From: a virus
Lineage: Duplodnaviria; Caudoviricetes
DNA length: 64,000 nucleotides
Strand: one strand, 5' to 3'
IMG/VR virus record: IMGVR_UViG_3300031949_000024
Location: 5,678-69,677 of that record
Under the pieces are notes generated by a model, which saw only the letters and a program-made list of their open reading frames with translations, had not been told where the DNA came from and did no database searches. Shown here one piece after another: positions 26,662-36,227 of this stretch. The position numbers and the translations under genes are program-made. Each line of letters starts with the position of its first letter. Position 1 is the first letter of the stretch.

Positions 26662-26739
26662 AATTTCCAGTCAGAGGTGCCCCGGCGGTGCGCTAACACC
26701 CCCGGGGCGTGTGAAACACCTATCTCGGAGGTGCCCACA

Positions 26740-27360
26740 ATGGGCGAGCGTATCTGTTCCGTTAGTGAGTGCGACAGGCCGACATGGGCCCGCGGTTGGT
26801 GCGGAACTCACTACCGACGTTGGCAGCGAACTGGCGACCCGTTGGGATCAACGCCCCGGGCAACTCGTGGCAGGTGCTCGGTCGACGGCTGCGACAATGA
26901 CCTAAAGGGACACGGCTGGTGCGACAAGCACTATCAACGGTGGCGCCACCACGGAGACCCCCTGACGGTCCTTCCGCTGGGCATGACCGGCAAAAAGCAT
27001 TCAGCCGAGGCGCGGACCAGGATGGGTTGCCGGGGACGCGTTGGCGAGGACGCTTCGCGCTACAGGCACGGCATGTCCTGCACCCCGACCTGGTACTCGT
27101 GGGTCTCCATGATCCAACGCTGCACGAACTCGAGCATTCCCGCATGGCCCAATTACGGCGGCCGAGGCATCACGGTGTGCGAGCGGTGGCGTGAGAGCTT
27201 CGAGGCATTCCTTGCGGACATGGGCGAGAAGCCAGAAGACCTGTCGATCGACCGCATCGACAATGACGGGAACTACGAACCCGGCAACTGTCGTTGGGCA
27301 ACGGCGAAGGAACAGGCCAACAATCGGCGACCACCCACCCGCAAGCGTCTCGCCGAATAG
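26740..27360 (+). CDS. Free-standing HNH-type homing endonuclease
   Basis: Two CSVxxC..ARGWCxxHYxRW repeats; [38 protein letters not shown]. Confidence 0.88.
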   Translation: MGERICSVSECDRPTWARGWCGTHYRRWQRTGDPLGSTPRATRGRCSVDGCDNDLKGHGWCDKHYQRWRHHGDPLTVLPLGMTGKKHSAEARTRMGCRGRVGEDASRYRHGMSCTPTWYSWVSMIQRCTNSSIPAWPNYGGRGITVCERWRESFEAFLADMGEKPEDLSIDRIDNDGNYEPGNCRWATAKEQANNRRPPTRKRLAE

Positions 27361-27409
27361 GTCGAGAGTTTCTGTCAAAACGGTTAATTAATCTAGGAGG
27401 GCAGTAGCC

Positions 27410-27823
27410 ATTTCGAAGGCCTCAGGAATTGGCTGGACCACACTCTCAGTGGACGATTCAGCCGGCACCCTTACAGACGTGAAGAACGACGTCCCCAACC
27501 TCCAGTTCTCTACGCCCAGGGGCGTTCAGGACGTGACGGGTGTCGACAAGAGCGCGATGGAACGTCTGCTGCTGCTGGCCGACATGTCGCTGACGCTGAA
27601 CTTGATCTTCAACGCGACCGGGGCGCATCTGGTGTTTCGGACGGTGCCGTCGTCGTCGGTGGCGCGCGAGTTCACGCTGACCGTGGGTGGTGTGACGTTG
27701 GGGACGACGGGGACGCCGACGTTGCTGTTCACCGACTATGCGTTGACCCGCGCGGCTGGCGGCGAGCTGACGGCCACCGCGCCTGGGGTGCTCGCGAACG
27801 GTGTTGTCCCGACTTGGTCGTAA
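27410..27823 (+). CDS. Second tail tube-like protein with an ATT start (MSKASGIGWTTLSVDD...)
   Basis: GGAGG SD then ATT in frame with the 27449 ORF; QDVTGVDKSAMERLLLLAD; N-terminus parallels the 25442 gene. Confidence 0.7.
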   Translation: MSKASGIGWTTLSVDDSAGTLTDVKNDVPNLQFSTPRGVQDVTGVDKSAMERLLLLADMSLTLNLIFNATGAHLVFRTVPSSSVAREFTLTVGGVTLGTTGTPTLLFTDYALTRAAGGELTATAPGVLANGVVPTWS

Positions 27824-27851
27824 AAGTCCGTTTCGGCCGAGAGGAGATCTG

Positions 27852-28253
27852 ATGGGTTTCACCCCGAACCGCAAGCTGTTCAAGCTGGTCTTCGAGGGCG
27901 ACCTCGACGGCCTCGAAGTAACGTGCCGGTCGTCGTCGGTGGTGGTGTACAAGCGGATCGCCTCCTACGCCAGCCGGCCCTACTCGACGCCGCCGTCTGA
28001 CGATGACCTGGCCGCGCTCTCCGACCTGTACGCATCGTTCGCGGCGGTGTTGGTCGAGTGGAACCTCGAGGAGCCGGCCGGGGTGCCGGTTCCGGCCACG
28101 TTGGACGGTGTGGAGACGCAGGAGCCGGCGTTGGTGAACGCTGTTGTTGCGGCCTGGTTGGATGCGGTGGCTGAGGCGTTGGGCGGTAAGCCGGCCGATC
28201 AGTTGGTGGCCGAGCTGGAGGCGTCGCTGCCGATGGAGCCGCTCCCCGTCTGA
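27852..28253 (+). CDS. Tail assembly chaperone
   Basis: GAGGAG SD; LVEWNLE...GVPVPAT.DG motif; immediately before the tape measure gene. Confidence 0.7.
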   Translation: MGFTPNRKLFKLVFEGDLDGLEVTCRSSSVVVYKRIASYASRPYSTPPSDDDLAALSDLYASFAAVLVEWNLEEPAGVPVPATLDGVETQEPALVNAVVAAWLDAVAEALGGKPADQLVAELEASLPMEPLPV

Positions 28254-28301
28254 CCTCTGTTCGATGCTGCTGTTGGATTTTGAGCGTGGCGGGGGCGGTG
28301 C

Positions 28302-30608
28302 ATGACCAGCCCGAACACTGTCACGATCGTTGTCAAGGCCACTGATCAGTCGGCGCAGGGTTTCGGCTCGGCGACGGCCGGTGCGGGCAAGTTGGCGAAG
28401 GCGGTCGACGGCGGTGCCGGGTCGGCTGGCGGGGCGTTCGAGTCGGCGGAGAAAAAGGCCCGCGGCCTGGGGTCGGTGTTGGGCAATGTGGGCACGATCG
28501 CCGGCGGGATCCTTGCGGCCGATGTGATCAGCCAGGGCGCGCAGCGGGTTATGGCCCTGTCGAAGCAGACCATCACCGCAGCCAGCTCGCTGGGTGAGTC
28601 GTTGAATGCGGTCGACAAGACGTTCGGCGCGAGCGCGAAGAACATTCACGCCTGGGCCGAGTCGAACGCGTCGAGCTTCGGCTTGTCGCAGCGTGCGTTT
28701 AACGAGGCCGCTACCCCGCTCGGGGCGATGCTCAAGAACCAGGGCCTGTCGATGGCCGAGGTTGAGGCGCAGACCATCAAGTTGACGGAACGCGCCGCGG
28801 ACATGGCGTCGGTGTTCAACGTCAACGTGTCGGATGCGTTGGTGGCCATTCAGGCCGGCCTGCGGGGCGAGTCCGACCCGTTGGAGCGGTTCGGTGTTGG
28901 TCTGTCGGCGGTGGCGGTGGAGGCCCGGGCGTTGGCCGACACTGGGAAGACGTCGGCGATGGCGTTGACGCAGCAGGAGAAGGCCCTGGCCCGGCTGAAC
29001 CTGATCTACGAGCAGACGGCGACGACGGCCGGCGACTTCAAGGACACGTCCGACGGGCTCGCGAATGCGCAGCGGATCGCGGCGGCCGAGATGGAAAACG
29101 CCCAGGCCAAGATCGGTACCATGTTTCTGCCGGTGATGGCAGCCGCGGCGCAGGTGTCGGGGCGCCTTGCAGAATCGATCAGCTCTGTGCCAGGTCCGCT
29201 GGCCGCAGCCGGCGCGGGTATCGCCATTCTCGGCGCGGGTCTGCTGGTGTTCGCCCCGCGGGTTATGGCAACCAAGGCCGCGCTGGACGAGATGGCGCTC
29301 AGCGAGTCGGCGGCGACGCGCGGCGCCGGCCGGCTGGCCGTGGCGGTCGGCAAGGGCGCGGCCGTGTTTGCCGGGTTGCAGATCGCGACTGCCGCGTTGG
29401 GTGCGGCCATCGGCGATGACGTGACGCCGCAGGTCGACGGACTGGCCAAGTCGCTGATCGATCTGAGCAAGCAGCAGGCCGCGTCCGGTGAGATCACCCG
29501 CCTGTTCGGCGACGACCTCGGGCAGTTGGACAAGGACTTCCACGCCCTGGGGTCGGGGGCGAAGGACAAGGCTGCGCGGGGCATCTCCGACTTCTTCAAC
29601 TCGATTGCCGACTTCGACAGCCTCAGCGGCGGGTCGTTGACCAACATGCGTGCGCGCATCGAGGGTGTTGACGCCGCGTTGGCGCAGTTGGTGGGCAGGG
29701 GCCGTGGCGAGGAGGCGGCGGCCGCGTTCGAGTTCCTGGCCAAGCGCGCTGCCGCTGCCGGGATTTCTATTGACGATCTCAAGTCTGGGCTGCCGCAGTA
29801 TGCGGCGGCGATGGCGGCGGCAGGCAAGTCGACGACTGGGGTTGCGGCGGCGGCCGAGGAGGCCACCAAGTCGCTCGACGAGCTCGAGAAGCAGTTCGAC
29901 GAGACGTTCAAGAAGACGTTCGGGTTTGAGGAGGCGCAGGACGCCGCCGCCGACGCGGTGGCCCGGCTCAACAAGCAGATCGAGCAGCAGATCGAGGACG
30001 AGGTCGAAGGCGCCGGCACCCTGGACCGCAACACGCAGGCCGGCCGGGACAACGCCGAATCGGTCCGGGATCTGGTCCGCAAGTATGAAGAGCTGATGGT
30101 GCAGGCCCAGAAGACGGGCCAGTCCACTGACGGTCTGCGGGAACAGCTGGTCGACCAGCTTGTGGCGATGGGCTTCTCCCGCGCTGAGGCCGACCGGTAC
30201 GTCAAGACCCTCATCGACCTGAAGACGGCGTTGGATCAGATCCAGTCGAAGACCGTCACGGTGCGGATGAACGTGGAGCAGAACAAGACCTGGGGTGGCG
30301 GGGCTCAGGAGTTCGCCCACGGCGGTATCCGTGGTGCTGCCGCAGCCGGCGGACCGCGCGGCAACCGCACCCTGGTCGGCGAGCACGGCCCCGAGTTGGT
30401 CGATTTGGCGCCCGGGTCGATGGTGCATTCCAACCCCGACTCGATGGCAATGCTCGCTGGCGGCGGGTCGCGCGGGTCGATGGGCTATGTGGAGATCGGG
30501 TCGGACGGGACGTGGTTCGGGGACGGCCTCATCGAATACCTTGCCGGCAAGATTCGGGCAATGGGCGGCGACCCGTCAGTCATCGGCATTCTCATTCGGC
30601 AGAACTAG
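28302..30608 (+). CDS. Tape measure protein
   Basis: V.I.VKA.D start, Ala/Gly-rich helical repeats, GESDPLERFG, C-terminal FAHGG...VGEHGPELV. Confidence 0.88.
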   Translation: MTSPNTVTIVVKATDQSAQGFGSATAGAGKLAKAVDGGAGSAGGAFESAEKKARGLGSVLGNVGTIAGGILAADVISQGAQRVMALSKQTITAASSLGESLNAVDKTFGASAKNIHAWAESNASSFGLSQRAFNEAATPLGAMLKNQGLSMAEVEAQTIKLTERAADMASVFNVNVSDALVAIQAGLRGESDPLERFGVGLSAVAVEARALADTGKTSAMALTQQEKALARLNLIYEQTATTAGDFKDTSDGLANAQRIAAAEMENAQAKIGTMFLPVMAAAAQVSGRLAESISSVPGPLAAAGAGIAILGAGLLVFAPRVMATKAALDEMALSESAATRGAGRLAVAVGKGAAVFAGLQIATAALGAAIGDDVTPQVDGLAKSLIDLSKQQAASGEITRLFGDDLGQLDKDFHALGSGAKDKAARGISDFFNSIADFDSLSGGSLTNMRARIEGVDAALAQLVGRGRGEEAAAAFEFLAKRAAAAGISIDDLKSGLPQYAAAMAAAGKSTTGVAAAAEEATKSLDELEKQFDETFKKTFGFEEAQDAAADAVARLNKQIEQQIEDEVEGAGTLDRNTQAGRDNAESVRDLVRKYEELMVQAQKTGQSTDGLREQLVDQLVAMGFSRAEADRYVKTLIDLKTALDQIQSKTVTVRMNVEQNKTWGGGAQEFAHGGIRGAAAAGGPRGNRTLVGEHGPELVDLAPGSMVHSNPDSMAMLAGGGSRGSMGYVEIGSDGTWFGDGLIEYLAGKIRAMGGDPSVIGILIRQN

Positions 30609-30620
30609 AAGGGGGAGAAA

Positions 30621-31202
30621 GTGTCCGGAATCTACGGCGACGGATACCCGGTGCTGCTCGTCTCGGCGCACACCGCAGGGTCAGCCCTTGCCAGTTCGAC
30701 GACAGCCACGTCGCTACTGCCGGGCCAGGCGAAGTTCAGCCTGCCGGCGAACTTCATCGACGTGCCCGGCAAGACGTTCCGCGTCCGGGCAACCGGCCGC
30801 GTCAGCACTCTGGTGACCACACCCGGCACACTCACACTGTCGATGCGGCTCAACTCGACGCCGATCATCGTGTCGACATCGCAGGCGATGGCGCTCAACA
30901 TCGTGTCCAAGTCCTCAGTGTCCTGGGTGCTCGACCTGGACCTGATCGTCCGGTCAGTCGGGTCGAGCACCTCGGCAACCATCATGGGCATGGGCACCTG
31001 GACGTCGGAGGCTGTCATCGGGGCGGCTGTCCCCTCGGCCGGAGGATCCGGCGTGCATCAGTGGCAGGCCAGTTCGCCGGCGGCCGGGACCGGATTCGAC
31101 TCGACCGCCACCAACCTGGTCGACCTGTACGGCACGTGGTCGGTCAACTCGGCGTCGAACTCGATCACGTGCGAGACCTACTGCCTGTACTCGATGAACT
31201 GA
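30621..31202 (+). CDS. Minor tail protein
   Basis: Ser/Thr-rich beta composition; after the tape measure gene. Confidence 0.6.
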   Translation: MSGIYGDGYPVLLVSAHTAGSALASSTTATSLLPGQAKFSLPANFIDVPGKTFRVRATGRVSTLVTTPGTLTLSMRLNSTPIIVSTSQAMALNIVSKSSVSWVLDLDLIVRSVGSSTSATIMGMGTWTSEAVIGAAVPSAGGSGVHQWQASSPAAGTGFDSTATNLVDLYGTWSVNSASNSITCETYCLYSMN

Positions 31203-31212
31203 GCCCGCTTCG

Positions 31213-33738
31213 ATGACGCCTCGGGCTCGACGCCGCCCGCACCGCCGCGGTGGGATCGTCGGCGCCGCCGACGTGCCATTGGGCGCCGTCGCCGGCGAGC
31301 AGCTCACCTTCGGTGAAAGTGTTACCCCGGCATTGCGTCAGCCGCTGGCCATCCGGGTGTGGATGGCTCCGGGCATCAATCCGGACCTGCCGGCATTGTG
31401 GGTGTGGGAGGAGATCACCGACTGGGTGATGTTCGACCCTGGACTCGACATCATCCGCGGCCAACTCAACGAGCAGGTCAGTACCCGGCCCAGCACGCTG
31501 AACATGCGTCTCAAGAACTACCTCATCCCCGAGGCTGTAGGCGTCTATGCGGTCGATGCGCCGTTCAGCGTGCGCAACCCGAACAGCCCGTGGTACGGCC
31601 GGCTCCGCAAGAACACCGCGATCCGGGTCGAGATCAACCCGGGTATCGGGTGGCGAAACCGGTTCATCGGGCTGGTACCTGACTGGCCGGCACGCAAGGA
31701 CCGGTCGGGCAACTTCAAGTACATCGACCTGCAGGTGGCCGGCCGGCTGCGCGTCTACGGCCAGGGTTCATCGCCGGTCAGGTCGTATGCCACGGCAGTC
31801 CTGTCGCGTTATCAGCCGCAGGCGTCGGTGAGCTCAACCTTCTACAGTCCGGTGCTGGGGTGGTGGTCGCTTGAGGATTCGAACGGGTCCGGTGTAGCGG
31901 CGTCCAACCTCGTCGGCGTGAGCGACATGACCGAGACGGTGACAGGTGGGGTCAACTTCGCCGGCGGCACTGCGCCGCTGTGTTCGAGCGCGTCGCCCGA
32001 CCTGACCCTTGGTGGGCTGCGGGGTCAGCCCCTGCTGCCGACGTCGGCCACGACGGCATGGTCGTTCACCATGCTGGTAAAGATCGCCAGCGGTGCCTCG
32101 GTTGATTCCGTGGTTGACATCTACACGACCGGGACGATAACCAAGGTGACGATCGGGATAACGCCATCTGGCGTGACGATCTATGCCACAAACAATTCGA
32201 CGATAACCACATCGGTGACAACGACGACGAACTTTGCCGACGGCGAATGGTATCGCCTCTGGGTTAACGCCACGGGCGGATTCGTCAGTGTGGTCATAGG
32301 AACTGAGTCGAGCGGCGTCCCGGTGTTCATCGGCGGCGCGACCCCGGGCGACATCACCGAGTTCATCATCAATCCGACTACGGCCGTCGGCCTCGAATCC
32401 GCTAGCCAGGCCTACGTCATCGGCGGGGTGACGACGATACTGAGCAACACCATCACTGCCGCCGACGCGGGCACTTCAGCATCTGAGCGGTTCGCGTCGG
32501 TCGCGGCGTTCGAAGGCATTCCAGCCAGCGTCAGTGCACTGGGCTACTACGGCCAGTCGTCGACCGCCATGGGCCCGTACCCGATCAGGTCCAAGGTCGC
32601 CGCACTTGCCAGTCCGGTGGACTCGGATGACGGTTTCCTGGTGGAACGCCTCTCCGGTGAGGTTGGCTTCGAGGCCGACTACGACCGGAGCAACGCCGCC
32701 GTCCAGTTGACGCTGGACTACTCGCTCGGCCAACTGCAAAACCTGATCCCGGTCGACGACGATTTTCAGGCCCGCAACGATTGGACGGTCGGCCGCGAGT
32801 CCGGCGTCACGAAGAGTTTCGCAGACCGTGACGGTGTGCGCGGCATCGAGGCTATCGGGCAGTACGACGACTCGGCCACCGTGAGCTTGTACACCGATAC
32901 CCAGCCGCAGTATGTGGCCGCCCATCGGGTACGTCGCGGCACCGTCGACGAAGACCGGTTCACCTCCATCGGGATAGAGCTGCACAAGGCGCAGAATGCC
33001 GCGCTCATCCCACAGATCCTCAACGTCCGGCAGGTCGCGGTCACCGCCTCCGTCACGCTCAGTGGGTTGACGTCGACGATCAGTTTGGGGGCCAGCACAA
33101 TCGGGCAGCGGCGCGGCGACATCCTCGGCACCCGTGTCCAGATCCTCAGCCCGCCCCACGACGTCACGCCGGACACGATCGACCAGCTCATCCTCGGGTA
33201 CCGGGAGACGATCAATCCGTTTCAGTGGTCGATCTCCCTGCAAACAATCCCGTACGCCCCATTCAGAAAGTTTGAGGTGTCTCCAGACGCCGACCCTGGC
33301 ACCGACCAGGCCGAGGATGAGGTCCTCATCTACGCCGCCTCCCTCGGGCCCAACCCGGAGAACAGGGCCGACTTCCGCAACGCCTACCTGCGTGACGGGG
33401 GAGAGTTTCTCGGTTTCGTAGTGCCCGATGACGGAACCTGCACCCTGGCCGAGGGGCTCGACGAGACCGAAACCGACATCGACATCACGACCACGTCAGG
33501 ACTGTGGGACACGACGTCGTACTCCTATGAGCCGAACGGCATCACCGCCCACATCCGTGACGCTAACGGCGGCATCGGCGAGCAGATCCGCATCGACGGA
33601 TGCTCGGGTGCCGGCAACCCGCAGACGCTCACCGTGGTCCGCGGCGTCAACGGATATGTGACGACACATGCCGTCGGCGAAGAGATTGTGATCGACTACC
33701 CCGGCATTGTCGGGCCAACGGGATGGGGCGGCCCCTGA
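31213..33738 (+). CDS. Large minor tail (Tal/baseplate-like) protein
   Basis: IIRGQ.NE.....PS..N..L.N, RFIGLV..W, W.LED, LamG-like middle region. Confidence 0.7.
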   Translation: MTPRARRRPHRRGGIVGAADVPLGAVAGEQLTFGESVTPALRQPLAIRVWMAPGINPDLPALWVWEEITDWVMFDPGLDIIRGQLNEQVSTRPSTLNMRLKNYLIPEAVGVYAVDAPFSVRNPNSPWYGRLRKNTAIRVEINPGIGWRNRFIGLVPDWPARKDRSGNFKYIDLQVAGRLRVYGQGSSPVRSYATAVLSRYQPQASVSSTFYSPVLGWWSLEDSNGSGVAASNLVGVSDMTETVTGGVNFAGGTAPLCSSASPDLTLGGLRGQPLLPTSATTAWSFTMLVKIASGASVDSVVDIYTTGTITKVTIGITPSGVTIYATNNSTITTSVTTTTNFADGEWYRLWVNATGGFVSVVIGTESSGVPVFIGGATPGDITEFIINPTTAVGLESASQAYVIGGVTTILSNTITAADAGTSASERFASVAAFEGIPASVSALGYYGQSSTAMGPYPIRSKVAALASPVDSDDGFLVERLSGEVGFEADYDRSNAAVQLTLDYSLGQLQNLIPVDDDFQARNDWTVGRESGVTKSFADRDGVRGIEAIGQYDDSATVSLYTDTQPQYVAAHRVRRGTVDEDRFTSIGIELHKAQNAALIPQILNVRQVAVTASVTLSGLTSTISLGASTIGQRRGDILGTRVQILSPPHDVTPDTIDQLILGYRETINPFQWSISLQTIPYAPFRKFEVSPDADPGTDQAEDEVLIYAASLGPNPENRADFRNAYLRDGGEFLGFVVPDDGTCTLAEGLDETETDIDITTTSGLWDTTSYSYEPNGITAHIRDANGGIGEQIRIDGCSGAGNPQTLTVVRGVNGYVTTHAVGEEIVIDYPGIVGPTGWGGP

Positions 33739-34232
33739 TGGGCGTGTACACCGGGACGATCCCGCCGTTCTATGTCGGGCGGCTGCCGATCTCGAAACTG
33801 ACCGAGCTATACGACTTCGCCTCGGCGGCGACCAGTGCCTGGTCCACGTGGGTCCCGACCCTGACTAACCTGACGTTGGGCAACGGCACCCAGACCGCCC
33901 GGTACCGCCAACTCGGCCAAACGGTCGACTACTACTGGTCGCTGCTCTTGGGTTCGACCAGCGCGGTGGGCACCACCCCCAGGTTCACCCTGCCGGTCGC
34001 ACCGGCAAGCTTCTACGGCAGCCTCACCACCGGGTTTCCCGGCAACTTCCACCTGCTTGACGCAGGCACCGCCCACCGGCAGGGCATGGTCCAGTTTGAT
34101 TCCGGCTCGACGGTGCAGCTGGCCTACTGGGACGCTACGCCGACGTTGCAGGGCATCACGTCAACGATCCCGTGGACGTGGACTACCGGTGACGCACTCA
34201 CGGTGTTCGGCGGCACCTACGAGGCCGCGTAA
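33738..34232 (+). CDS. Tail fibre-associated protein
   Basis: W.TW.PT..N.TLGNGT..ARY.Q.G..V motif typical of actinophage tail proteins. Confidence 0.6.
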   Translation: MGVYTGTIPPFYVGRLPISKLTELYDFASAATSAWSTWVPTLTNLTLGNGTQTARYRQLGQTVDYYWSLLLGSTSAVGTTPRFTLPVAPASFYGSLTTGFPGNFHLLDAGTAHRQGMVQFDSGSTVQLAYWDATPTLQGITSTIPWTWTTGDALTVFGGTYEAA

Positions 34233-34256
34233 ACCGTCCACAAGGGAGGCTGGCAC

Positions 34257-35072
34257 ATGGCAACGCTGTCCCAACTGCGGGCCGAGTCCTGGTGGAACCA
34301 GGAGTACCAGCCGGCCAGCCTCGCGGCCTTTTGTGAGCGGTTGCGCGCACACTTCGGCGTCGCGGCCAACGCCCTCGGATCCAAGGGCGACGAGTTCCAC
34401 CTGAGCGGCTATCACCGGTCGCGGGCGTGGATCGTCAACTCCCGTTGGTCCTCCTACGGCTGGGGGGATTACTCGGTCCAAGACGCGGCGGATCAGGGCG
34501 GCGACGAGAACTGGCTGTGCGCGGTGGACTTCACGCCCGGCGACGCCGCAACGATGATCGCAGTGTCGCAACGCCTCGCCGCGGCGGTGCAGGTGGGCCG
34601 GTGTCCGCAACTGCGGGAGTGGTACGGCAACGTCGACGGCGACCAGTGGGTCGACGGCTGGGACCTTCTCGCGGGTCGTGCGGCCACCTCCGATTCCAGT
34701 CACCTGTGGCACATTCATATGTCGTTCCTGCGCGACCGAGCCGGGGACGATCACGCCAACTTGTTTGCAATCCTGACCGGAGAAGAGGACGACATGGATC
34801 CCGTACAGGACAACATCCTGAAGGCGACCGACAACCGGCTGTGGCAGCTCATCCTGGGCAATGAGACGTACGTCGACTCGCCCGGCACGGAGGCCGAGCA
34901 GACGGTGTGGCTCGTTCAGGCCGTGAAGGACATTCAGGCCAGACTCGCGGCACCGGTGCCGGTCGTGGTTGACGCGGCGGCGGTCGCGGCCGCACTGGTG
35001 GGCGAACCGACGTTCCTGGCGGCGTTGCGGGAGACGTCGTACGAGGGCTCCCAACGCGCTGAGCGCGAGTAG
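34257..35072 (+). CDS. Endolysin, peptidase M15-like (Zn, Hedgehog/DD-peptidase fold)
   Basis: GYHRS...AVD...HLWHIHMS (H-xn-D...HxH); first gene of the lysis cassette. Confidence 0.7.
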   Translation: MATLSQLRAESWWNQEYQPASLAAFCERLRAHFGVAANALGSKGDEFHLSGYHRSRAWIVNSRWSSYGWGDYSVQDAADQGGDENWLCAVDFTPGDAATMIAVSQRLAAAVQVGRCPQLREWYGNVDGDQWVDGWDLLAGRAATSDSSHLWHIHMSFLRDRAGDDHANLFAILTGEEDDMDPVQDNILKATDNRLWQLILGNETYVDSPGTEAEQTVWLVQAVKDIQARLAAPVPVVVDAAAVAAALVGEPTFLAALRETSYEGSQRAERE

Positions 35073-35074
35073 TC

Positions 35075-35386
35075 ATGGTGCCGGCCGAGCTCGCCGGCTG
35101 GATTCCGCAGACCGGCGCCACCGGAGTGCTCCTGCTCGCCGTCATCTGGGTCCTACGCGGAAAAATCATCCCGAGGGCGATGCACGACGAGGTCCGCGCC
35201 GACCGGGACGTCTACCGGGCCGCAGCCGAAACGTCGTTGAAGGCGTCAGCGGAAATGTCCAGTCACGTCGGGAGCCTCACCACCGCAGTCGGACAGTTGA
35301 CGGCGGCAGTCGAGCAGCAGGCGCAGACGCAGCGGGAAACGTTGGCGTTGGTGCGCCAACTCGCGCCTGGGCAGCGTGCGGCGTGA
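35075..35386 (+). CDS. Membrane protein with a coiled-coil tail (lysis cassette)
   Basis: One N-terminal TM segment followed by a heptad-like region. Confidence 0.6.
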   Translation: MVPAELAGWIPQTGATGVLLLAVIWVLRGKIIPRAMHDEVRADRDVYRAAAETSLKASAEMSSHVGSLTTAVGQLTAAVEQQAQTQRETLALVRQLAPGQRAA

Positions 35387-35583
35387 GGTGGCCGTGGCGG
35401 CGGGCCCCGAACGGCAGAGACGCCCGGGCGGCCCGGTCGGCGGCCGAGGAACAGTTGGCGGCGGCGCAGCGGCAACGTTCAGAGGTGGACGAGACGGTCC
35501 GGGCGGCGGATGTGCTGGCCCAAAGGGTGGACCGGTTCACCCGCGAGGTCGAACGGTCGTGGCATGTGAGGCGGTCGGTGTGA
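35383..35583 (+). CDS. Small basic lysis-cassette protein
   Basis: GTGA coupling; RWPWRR start. Confidence 0.5.
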   Translation: MRWPWRRAPNGRDARAARSAAEEQLAAAQRQRSEVDETVRAADVLAQRVDRFTREVERSWHVRRSV

Positions 35584-35861
35584 GGCCGCTGCTGCAGGTG
35601 CTGGTGACGGCGTCGATTGTCTTGTCGTTGTGGTTTGTGTTGACGCTGGGTTCGCCGCGGCGTAGCGAAAACCCGTTGGTGGCGTGGCTGTTGGCGGCGT
35701 GGGCGTGGGTGACGGTCGCGTTTGAGACGCTGCTGCTGCTGTCGCTGTTCCGGGTTCATGTGCCGTTGTGGCTGGCTGCGGTGGTGTTGTTGGCGCAGGA
35801 CGGCGTGTTCACGTGGCGGCTGATCCTGCTCCACCGGGCCCGGCGTGGGCCCGTCAGTTGA
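35580..35861 (+). CDS. Multi-pass membrane protein (holin-like)
   Basis: Three hydrophobic segments; coupled GTG start. Confidence 0.55.
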   Translation: MRPLLQVLVTASIVLSLWFVLTLGSPRRSENPLVAWLLAAWAWVTVAFETLLLLSLFRVHVPLWLAAVVLLAQDGVFTWRLILLHRARRGPVS

Positions 35862-35969
35862 CGATTCACCTGAGGTGAACTGACGCCATTTGACCGCCAT
35901 TTGACGATGACCGGATCTGATCAGCATGAGCGGTTGATTCCATCATCGACTCACACCAGGAGTGATCCA

Positions 35970-36227
35970 GTGGTAGAGCCCACTTCGGCCCCGACCCAGA
36001 CCCAGCACCCGGGCCGGGCCACGTTCCGCACCGTCGTCGCCGGCCTGCTCGGCCTGCTCACGTTGCTGCCGTACATCCTGGCCGGCGCCCACCTGGACGG
36101 CACCGTCCTCGGCGGGCAGGCACTGGCCGTCTCGGCTGCGGTAACGCGGATCCTGGCCATCCCGGCGGTCAACGACTGGCTGACGGACCACGCGCCGTGG
36201 CTCGCGGCCACACCGAGGCAGCCGTGA
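35970..36227 (+). CDS. Holin (actinobacteriophage type)
   Basis: RATFRTVVA...LLP...ALAVSAAVTRILAIPAVN.WL...PWL pattern. Confidence 0.7.
   Translation: MVEPTSAPTQTQHPGRATFRTVVAGLLGLLTLLPYILAGAHLDGTVLGGQALAVSAAVTRILAIPAVNDWLTDHAPWLAATPRQP

Noticed and set aside
28200-28301. Programmed frameshift of the tail assembly chaperone
   Set aside because: No clear slippery heptamer seen and only a ~50-nt gap before the tape measure gene; cannot be supported.
27729-30428. 899-aa minus-strand ORF
   Set aside because: Antisense shadow of the tape measure gene.
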